Source: Coleofasciculus chthonoplastes F2-STO-03
GTDB lineage: Bacteria > Cyanobacteriota > Cyanobacteriia > Cyanobacteriales > Coleofasciculaceae
Reading direction: 5' to 3'
NCBI GenBank assembly: GCA_040222015.1
Contig: JAVJWO010000178.1
Coordinates: 1-64,000 of the forward strand
DNA: 64,000 nucleotides
Part shown: piece after piece, positions 57,004 to 64,000 of the stretch
How the letters are laid out: every line of letters starts with the position of its first letter
How positions within the stretch are numbered: position 1 is the stretch's first letter
Notes under the pieces: generated by a model
Databases searched by the model: none
The model's input: the letters and a program-made list of their open reading frames with translations, nothing else
Told to the model about the DNA's origin: nothing
Translations under genes and position numbers: made by a program

Positions 57004-57990
57004 TTAGGTGTAAGTCGCGCTCTCTACTGGGTGTATAACAATTAGACGCAACTCCTTGCGGGTTTGGGGATGGAGATATCGTTCCTGGAGCGATCGCCAT
57101 TCCTGCCATAATTGATAACGATCGCCACTCAACTGCTCTACCAGGGTTGGGAGTTTCTTCTTAATGTCTGAGTGCAGACAATCCGACAGAAATTCTGCCA
57201 AAACGAAACTGTCTTGAATCTGTCCCAAAATACGCTGAATCGATTTAATCTCTTTCACATAATCCTGATAAGGCGTCTCATAAAAGTCAGTAAATAATTC
57301 CATCTGATAACGCACTCGTTTAGCTTGTTTCCGCAAACTGTGCAACACTGAACCCTGAACGCTGAACAGTTCAACCACATCCTCTAAACTCAGATCCTGA
57401 GCTAACTGCTTCTGTCCGTCTGAAAAGTGTACCCCCATAAGCCACGCGGGGTGGAGGAAAAACTGACTCACAAACGGTAACAGTAAATCCGGCAAAATCT
57501 GATCAATTGGAAATTCGGCAAAAGTTCCGTAAGTCGGCGTCTGCAACCAATCTTGAAATGCCAGTTTCATTTCCTGATAAAGTTTGTCGTTGAGAGTTTT
57601 CTGAACTTGAACTAAAACCTGGTGACGCCGCTTTTCCAACGTTGCTAATACTTTTTTGCCTATTTTTTGTTCAGAGTTGGGCAAAGTGGGCAGATACTGA
57701 TTTTGCAGCGCATCTTGCATAATGTCCAAATCCCGCAGTTGTCCCAGCCGTCGCGCCACTTTAGCAATCTTTTTCTCACGAGCGGCTTTGGGTAATACCA
57801 GGGCTGGGGCAAAACCGCTCACCACTGTCCGTAGCCGTCGCATCCCTACGCGCATTTGGTGTAGCGCTTCCGGATCTTTATCCTTGAGAACATCAGTTTC
57901 ATACTGAACGGTTCTCTGGAAATGTTTTTCAATAGCTAGATAAGCCCAATAGCCAAAGAGCTTTGGGTCGGATGAGGGAGTGGTTATCAT
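57004..57990 (-). CDS. CHAD domain protein
   Basis: EALHQMRVGMRRLR, LGQLRDLD, LHSLRKQAKRVRY, LGQIQD. Confidence 0.9.
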   Translation of the reverse strand: MITTPSSDPKLFGYWAYLAIEKHFQRTVQYETDVLKDKDPEALHQMRVGMRRLRTVVSGFAPALVLPKAAREKKIAKVARRLGQLRDLDIMQDALQNQYLPTLPNSEQKIGKKVLATLEKRRHQVLVQVQKTLNDKLYQEMKLAFQDWLQTPTYGTFAEFPIDQILPDLLLPFVSQFFLHPAWLMGVHFSDGQKQLAQDLSLEDVVELFSVQGSVLHSLRKQAKRVRYQMELFTDFYETPYQDYVKEIKSIQRILGQIQDSFVLAEFLSDCLHSDIKKKLPTLVEQLSGDRYQLWQEWRSLQERYLHPQTRKELRLIVIHPVESATYT

Positions 57991-58147
57991 CGGTATGGTG
58001 TGCGGTAGACATCCGGCACGTTTGCCCCTAGGGAATCATACTAGAGGTGAACGTTGCTTTTTTGTAAAACCTGTATTACAGGAGTTTACCATACTTAAGT
58101 GACGCCTCCTTAGTCGGAACTATCATGCCCAATGGTAGAATACACTC

Positions 58148-58290
58148 GTGACATCCTCCTACACCGATCCTACGGGTACGGTGTAGGCTTCCTTTGTGGC
58201 AATTTTACAGATTACGCTTCCGGCTCCTTCACTTCGTTCGAGGACAAGGTTTTATCGGTGGGAACACGCCCAGCCCAACTTTCTTGAATT
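58148..58290 (-). mobile_element. Orphan IS200/IS605 right end / putative omega-RNA remnant
   Basis: The minus strand reads GAAG-CCTACACCG-loop-CGGTGTAGG-AGGATGTCAC. No tnpB is adjacent and the left boundary is uncertain. Confidence 0.6.
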
Positions 58291-58309
58291 TATCTATCCC
58301 GAACAATCG

Positions 58310-58528
58310 CTAAACCGATGTGGATTCAAGGATTTGCAGCAATCCATGTCGTATCCCATAAAAAACTCGTTCAATGAGAATTCGTTCATGTTCCTTTAAG
58401 CTATCTTTATACAGTAAAGCACATTTTAAAAATTGCTGATCGGAGGAGGTGATGCAGCGATTCATTAAAACCTTAGTCACTAAATCTTCGATATGTGTCT
58501 GAGGCAGAGTAACGTTCATTGACTTCAA
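58310..58528 (-). CDS. Small cyanobacterial hypothetical protein
   Basis: IT..DQQ.LK.ALL....L.E.E..LIERVFYGIRHG pattern. The start may be ATG 58519. Confidence 0.7.
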   Translation of the reverse strand: MKSMNVTLPQTHIEDLVTKVLMNRCITSSDQQFLKCALLYKDSLKEHERILIERVFYGIRHGLLQILESTSV

Positions 58529-58585
58529 AAATATTAAATGTTCATTTTTGTTGTCATCATTATGAATGATTTTCTAGATCAATTT

Positions 58586-58670
58586 TGTGATCGTGCTAAA
58601 AGATAGTTTGTGATTTTTCTAAAAAGCAAATCGTGATCTGTGATAAGGTTATGGAGTGACATAGATCACA
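58586..58670. promoter_or_regulatory. CRP-like site array
   Basis: NGTGA at 58586, 58609, 58632 and 58655; the last reads AGTGA-N6-TCACA. Confidence 0.55.
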
Positions 58671-58757
58671 AATGGATAAATATAAAATTTACAGACATTC
58701 ACCAGAATTGAGAAAGGTTCCACCGGAATATCTCTCCTCAATTCTGCCTTCAGACTA

Positions 58758-61484
58758 ATGAAAAACACAAAACTGGGATTAATCAGTGTATTTCTCCTCT
58801 CTATCTCTAGCCCACCCGTGCTAGCGCAGACAGAGGCGGCATCCGAAACGGCTGATAATTTAAGAATCAAACCCCGTTTGGGAATTGGACATACGAGTTC
58901 TGGTGGTGGATTTGATGGATTTACCCGCCTAGAGGGATTTGTTCCCCTTTTGCAAACTCCCGGTAAAAATCTGACGTTTCTGGAAGGGCGACTCTTCCTG
59001 GATAACGATGATGCCAATTTGGGGGGTAATCTGCTCCTGGGATATCGTACCTATAGTGCCAATTCCGATCGAATTTGGGGAGGTTATATGAGTTATGATA
59101 ACCGCCATACAGGTCACAATACCTTTAACCAACTGGGGTTAGGCATAGAAAGTTTAGGAACTGTTTGGGATTTTCGGATCAATGGTTATTTACCCATTGG
59201 CGATACGCGCCAAGGAATTGGTGATGCTGGAGTTCGAGATATTTTCTTTCGCCGCAATTTCTTGATTTTAGAACAGGGGCAAAACAAAGAAGCCGCCATG
59301 GGAGGTTGGGATGCAGAAGTTGGCGCAAAACTTGCTCGAATTGCTACAGATGGGGATCTGCGCGGCTATGGGGGATTGTATTGGTATGATGCGGAAGGGA
59401 CTTCAGAGATATGGGGATGGCGAGTGAGATTGGAAGCGCATCCTTCCGATAATTTTAATCTGGGTTTGTCCCTGCAAAATGATGATTTATTTGGCACAAA
59501 TTTAGTGTTTACAGTGGGTGCTACATTTCCCGGAAGTCGTCCCCAAAGGTTAACGGATGAAGATGATCGAGTTTTGGCACGATTCGCTGAATCGGTACAG
59601 CGAACTAATGCGATTGTGATTGATCATCAAGATGATTTTCAAGAAGTGCCAGCCACGAATCCGGAAACTAATGAACCTTATATATTTCAGCATATTGTTT
59701 TGGGCGAAATGGGGGGAGAGGGTACGTTTGAAAATCCGTTTGGTAGGGTTGAGAATGGGTTAGCTCAAACGGTATCTGATGGTAATGATATTGTTTATGT
59801 ACAACCCGGAACCAATCCAGGGATTCCGCCGTTTACAATTCCTGATCAAGTGCAGGTGTTATCCACCGGTCCGATTCAGCAATTGGATACTGTAGAACGA
59901 GGAATAGTGCAGTTACCGCTATCCGGTGCAGGGGTACTCCCGACGATTAATCCAGGCGCAGAAGCTTCGGTAACAATGGGTAATAGAACCACCCTATCTG
60001 GGTTTTATATCCCCGATGCGGGTACGTTTGGAATTGAGGGAAGGGAGATTGATACAGTCACGATTCGGGATAACGCGATCGCGAATTCAACTCAAGCGGG
60101 TATAGTGTTACTGGAGACGACAGGAACTGTCACCGTTACCGATAACAGGATTGATACGACAGGTGGTTTGGGTAATAGCGGATTTTTTATTGGCAATACG
60201 GCGGGTTCGGTTGACCTAAACCTGGTCAGGAATCAGATTGTCAATACGACAGGCGATGGAATGGGTATTGTTCTGTTTAATGCTGAGGACAGTACAGTAA
60301 CGCTTTCTGAAAATATACTTACGGATAATCTCCTTAACGGCATTGGCTTTAGATTAGCTAATGCTGTCAATGTTAATTTCAATATTAATGATAATACAAG
60401 TCAAAACAATGGCAGTGCCGGACTTGTCTCTGAGCTAGTCAACAATTCAAATTCAAGGGTCACAATTATCAACAACGAAATTTCAGACAACCAATTTGAT
60501 GGGATTGCTATGGCACTAGCAGATAATTCTGAGGGAATAGTCACTATGACTAACAATAATCTTAGGGGCAATCAAGAAGATGGGATTGTTATCGGATTAT
60601 TCGCAGATTCCGATGAAATAGTTACGATTGTCGATAATACGCTGTCAGAAAATCAGTTTAGTGGAATTGATGTATTTTGGAGGGATAATTCTCAGGGAAC
60701 AGTTAATGTTACAAACAACACTATTTTGAACAACCAGTTTGATGGGATTATTTTCACGTTCTTGGATGATTCCCGTGGAAGGGTAACGATTGTCGAAAAT
60801 ACCCTGGCTCGAAATCAGAGGCGGGGAATGACTGTACAATCTACGATGACTGCTGAAGGAGAAGTCCTTATCCAAAATAACCTGATTTCTGATAATGAAA
60901 CGCTAGGGATTGCTGGCTTGATGATCGGGGACTCAAGTTTAGGAGTCACGATTGACAATAACGAGATCTTCAATAATGGTTATCATGGTATCGGTGTTAG
61001 CATTCAAGAAGCTGCCACATTGAGACTGGAAATTACTGATAATCGAGTTGACAGAAATGGCTTTCAGGGTGTTGACCTAAATTTCCCCCAACCCGATGGC
61101 ATTTTTATAGATGCACTCAATAATGCAACGCTCCAGTTATTACTGGAAAGAAATACAGTCATGGACAATGCTCGTTTTGGTGCGTTGATATTAGCAGAAG
61201 ATCAGTCTGAACTTTTCGCCGGTGTCCGATTTAATACATTTACAGGAAACCCAGGTACTCTTGATAATGCCAATGGTTTTGTAGTACAAACTGGATCACT
61301 GACGAATCTTGAGCCAGAATCGACTATCTGTTTAGATTTGAGTAATAATACCAGCGAGAATGGTTTCTCTCTAAATTACACCGATCTTGACAGTACATTC
61401 AAAGCCGATACAACGGCAAATAATGGTACAATTTCTATACCACAATTGCCTGTTGAGCCGCTAGGGGATTGTCCAGTTCCGTAG
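58758..61484 (+). CDS. Outer-membrane beta-barrel (inverse-autotransporter-like) protein with a parallel beta-helix
   Basis: Signal peptide, barrel strands (GGNLLLGYR, NQLGLGIE, DFRINGYLP) and many N.I..N..DGI repeats. Confidence 0.82.
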   Translation: MKNTKLGLISVFLLSISSPPVLAQTEAASETADNLRIKPRLGIGHTSSGGGFDGFTRLEGFVPLLQTPGKNLTFLEGRLFLDNDDANLGGNLLLGYRTYSANSDRIWGGYMSYDNRHTGHNTFNQLGLGIESLGTVWDFRINGYLPIGDTRQGIGDAGVRDIFFRRNFLILEQGQNKEAAMGGWDAEVGAKLARIATDGDLRGYGGLYWYDAEGTSEIWGWRVRLEAHPSDNFNLGLSLQNDDLFGTNLVFTVGATFPGSRPQRLTDEDDRVLARFAESVQRTNAIVIDHQDDFQEVPATNPETNEPYIFQHIVLGEMGGEGTFENPFGRVENGLAQTVSDGNDIVYVQPGTNPGIPPFTIPDQVQVLSTGPIQQLDTVERGIVQLPLSGAGVLPTINPGAEASVTMGNRTTLSGFYIPDAGTFGIEGREIDTVTIRDNAIANSTQAGIVLLETTGTVTVTDNRIDTTGGLGNSGFFIGNTAGSVDLNLVRNQIVNTTGDGMGIVLFNAEDSTVTLSENILTDNLLNGIGFRLANAVNVNFNINDNTSQNNGSAGLVSELVNNSNSRVTIINNEISDNQFDGIAMALADNSEGIVTMTNNNLRGNQEDGIVIGLFADSDEIVTIVDNTLSENQFSGIDVFWRDNSQGTVNVTNNTILNNQFDGIIFTFLDDSRGRVTIVENTLARNQRRGMTVQSTMTAEGEVLIQNNLISDNETLGIAGLMIGDSSLGVTIDNNEIFNNGYHGIGVSIQEAATLRLEITDNRVDRNGFQGVDLNFPQPDGIFIDALNNATLQLLLERNTVMDNARFGALILAEDQSELFAGVRFNTFTGNPGTLDNANGFVVQTGSLTNLEPESTICLDLSNNTSENGFSLNYTDLDSTFKADTTANNGTISIPQLPVEPLGDCPVP

Positions 61485-61797
61485 TGGCGTGGCACACCTC
61501 AATTGATAGATTAGATTCGCTTGTAGGTAGGGAACTTTAGCCCTAGATTCTGCCCTAGTAACAGGCGTCAACCCAACCTACAATCTATTCCACTATTTGA
61601 GCTGGAATGGCACGCTCAGATGAGGTTGGTGGGCAATGCCCACCCTACGGTATATCAAGGGTTTTGCAGATCTCAAATGTAAATTTTTTGTCAGTTCGTA
61701 GTCAGGGCTTTAGCCTTAGATCTTGGCGGGTTTAGCCACATCCCTTGTGAGATAAGAAACGATAGTAGTGAAACCCCCCCCTACAGGTTCCCCAGAT

Positions 61798-63486
61798 TCA
61801 ACTCGCCAACAACTGAGAGGGGGTGACTCGCCACAACTGTTCTAATTGTGACGCTGGCATGGTCAAGTATAAAACATCACCTGCCGCTAACGCTGTTTCC
61901 AATAAATCTCGACCGTGAAGCTTTTGATTTCGGGTTTCAATATATAGAGGAACAAACTCAATATCTAGGGTTAAATCTTTCACCCGCCGTCCACAGAACG
62001 GATGCTTCAGCGTAATCGTTGTTGCCAACGCTACCCAAAGCGTATCCCCGGTCATGCCATTCCCTAAAATACGCCCACCTAAGGCAGCGGCGGCAAAGGC
62101 AGGTGTGGCTAATTCGGTGGGGCTGAGTACCACCTCAAAATTAAAAACTTGCTGCACTCCTCGGGCAAATTGGGGGTCATGATTTCGCACCACGATGGGT
62201 AAATTGGGCGTTAAGGCTTTGGCACTTAAACTAATCTCGACATTGGTCATATCGCTACTGGTTACAGCTAATAAGGCTTCCGCTGTATGGATATTCGCCG
62301 CTTTTAAATGGGTCGCTAAACTCGCATCACCGATAATCACGGGGACTCCCAAGGAACGAGCAACACCGAGAAATCGATTGTGGGTATCGGGTTCAATGAC
62401 AACCACGTCATAGCCATGACTATGCAGTTGATTAATGATCTGAACACCAATACCCCCCAAGCCACAAACAATATAATGATGGCGACTAGGAACACGGGCA
62501 GCATCCAAAAATTGATTAAAACGAGTACCTAAAATAAAATCGTTGAGTAGGGCGTAACAAATCCCAATTACACCTGCCCCAACTAACATCATCACCGCCG
62601 TAAAAATTTTGATGCTATCAGGTGCTAATTCTGCCACTTCTTCTTTCCCGCCAGCCCCGGTAATCATACCCACGGAAAAATAGAGAGCGTCAACAATTGA
62701 GGTATTCAACTGAACGCTAACATAAGTGAGTGTGGCGATGAAAATGGTTAGGAGTAGGGCGAGAGTTCCGGCGAGAATGGGTTGACCGTGGTGCTGGAAC
62801 TGTCGCAGGTTAGTGAGAACTTTAAACAGTCGGCGTAGCCAAGAACCCCGACGGCTGCGGATATTGGGTTGAGTGCCAACAATTATGCGATCGCCAGATT
62901 GTAAGGTTCGCCCTTGCACAACGGCTGACACCAAACTCACCTGCCCTTGGACGGGTCGATAATAGATCAACATCCGCGATCGATCTTCCCACAACTCATT
63001 TAACCGACGCCCGTTCCAGGGATGAGACTCATGGATGTATTCTTCGTGAATGGGCCAAGTTTGATTAAATAATCGCAGTTGTCCAATCGCTTGATTCCCC
63101 ATCGCGGCAAAGGCAAACACAGGGGCGGCTAATGCGGCAACACTGAGGCTAACATGGTTGGGCAGGATCTGATCTAAGCGATCGCCTAAGCTGTTGTTAA
63201 ATAGCCGACTAATAATCCGAATCCGGGGATTGAGGACTCGGGCTTGGGTGAGAATAGCCAGATTCAAGGCATCATCGCTAGAGGTGATGACTAGGGTTTG
63301 CGCCTCCTGAATCCCAGCGGCGAGTAGGGTAGCGGCTGCCCGAAAATCGCCGATAATCAGATCCTGACAGTTACCCGGGACTAAGCGATCGCTAATTCCA
63401 ACTACAGAGGCTCCCTGTTGCTTTAATAATGAGAAAATTTGATAGCCAGTGCGACCCAAGCCACAAACGATGATTCGGGGTTTCAT
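61798..63486 (-). CDS. TrkA-N (RCK) domain potassium channel protein
   Basis: Two IVCGLG Rossmann motifs and pore segment DALYFSVGMITGAGG. ATG 63486. Confidence 0.88.
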   Translation of the reverse strand: MKPRIIVCGLGRTGYQIFSLLKQQGASVVGISDRLVPGNCQDLIIGDFRAAATLLAAGIQEAQTLVITSSDDALNLAILTQARVLNPRIRIISRLFNNSLGDRLDQILPNHVSLSVAALAAPVFAFAAMGNQAIGQLRLFNQTWPIHEEYIHESHPWNGRRLNELWEDRSRMLIYYRPVQGQVSLVSAVVQGRTLQSGDRIIVGTQPNIRSRRGSWLRRLFKVLTNLRQFQHHGQPILAGTLALLLTIFIATLTYVSVQLNTSIVDALYFSVGMITGAGGKEEVAELAPDSIKIFTAVMMLVGAGVIGICYALLNDFILGTRFNQFLDAARVPSRHHYIVCGLGGIGVQIINQLHSHGYDVVVIEPDTHNRFLGVARSLGVPVIIGDASLATHLKAANIHTAEALLAVTSSDMTNVEISLSAKALTPNLPIVVRNHDPQFARGVQQVFNFEVVLSPTELATPAFAAAALGGRILGNGMTGDTLWVALATTITLKHPFCGRRVKDLTLDIEFVPLYIETRNQKLHGRDLLETALAAGDVLYLTMPASQLEQLWRVTPSQLLAS

Positions 63487-63736
63487 AAAGCAAGCGTTAT
63501 CAACAGACAGATTTTTGTCTGGTCGTGTTTTGAACAACTATTCTCCTATAGATTGACCGAAACCATTGTAACCGAAGACACCAAGACTGGCAGAAATAGG
63601 TAAAAAAGGGATTCTCGTTTATCATTTATATTTCAAACAGAGCGGATTTTTTTATGGTTATTAGCAGCAATTCCTGTTTATTGACGAAAGTAAATCCTTA
63701 CTCTTAGACTAATAGTAATTAACGAGAAAGCAGTTT

Positions 63737-64000
63737 ATGGCCAAGCCTCAGATTCCTCCAGACCTACAAGAACTCAAGCCCAAGAGGTTTAATCCCGAAA
63801 AACAAGCTTGGATTAAATCAACCGATCTTGTCAGTGACACAACTATCAGTGAACTAACACTGGTAACCTATAATATCTGGTTTTCCGACTATTATCGTCA
63901 ACAACGCCACGAAGCTATACTGAAGCTTATTCAAGACTGTGATGCTGACGCGATCGCGTTGCAAGAGGTTACGCCAACCTCTCTCAAACTAATTTTAGAG
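63737..64000 (+). CDS. Endonuclease/exonuclease/phosphatase (EEP, TDP2-like) protein, partial
   Basis: Manual translation gives LTLVTYNIWF...R...I...DADAIALQEVT. It runs off the window edge. Confidence 0.8.
   Translation, partial: MAKPQIPPDLQELKPKRFNPEKQAWIKSTDLVSDTTISELTLVTYNIWFSDYYRQQRHEAILKLIQDCDADAIALQEVTPTSLKLILE

Noticed and set aside
131..62413. Numerous 60-140 aa ORFs antisense to or nested in confident genes, or spanning repeats (for example 2569, 5029, 34763, 54933, 58196)
   Set aside because: They are shadow frames or repeat translations with no motif or RBS support.

Overview
A 64-kb chromosomal segment from a filamentous cyanobacterium. This assignment rests on abundant HIP1 GCGATCGC octamers, STRR heptamer runs, glnA-apcF and a fraCDE septal-junction operon; the repeat families look Coleofasciculus/Microcoleus-like, which is an inference. 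Housekeeping and signalling genes include glnA with a canonical NtcA promoter, apcF, an aspartate aminotransferase, cobO, rtcB, a NitT/TauT-type ABC operon with an OmpA-fused binding protein, a GAF-PAS-GGDEF-EAL protein, a FecR/CHASE2-cyclase pair, Crp, CHAD and a TrkA-type channel. These are interleaved with accessory DNA. There are two separately located modules, each a tandem pair of small XRE-HTH genes divergent from two small unknown ORFs, with visible operator repeats. A catalytically intact, tnpA-less TnpB element has its right end inside one of those HTH genes, and a second IS200/IS605 right end lies elsewhere with no tnpB. An atypical RecD2 helicase, several gene remnants (some ending at HIP1 sites) and many REP/MITE repeats are also present, one REP being translated in-frame. 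No rRNA, tRNA or CRISPR array was found. All product calls come from motif recognition by eye; no searches were run.
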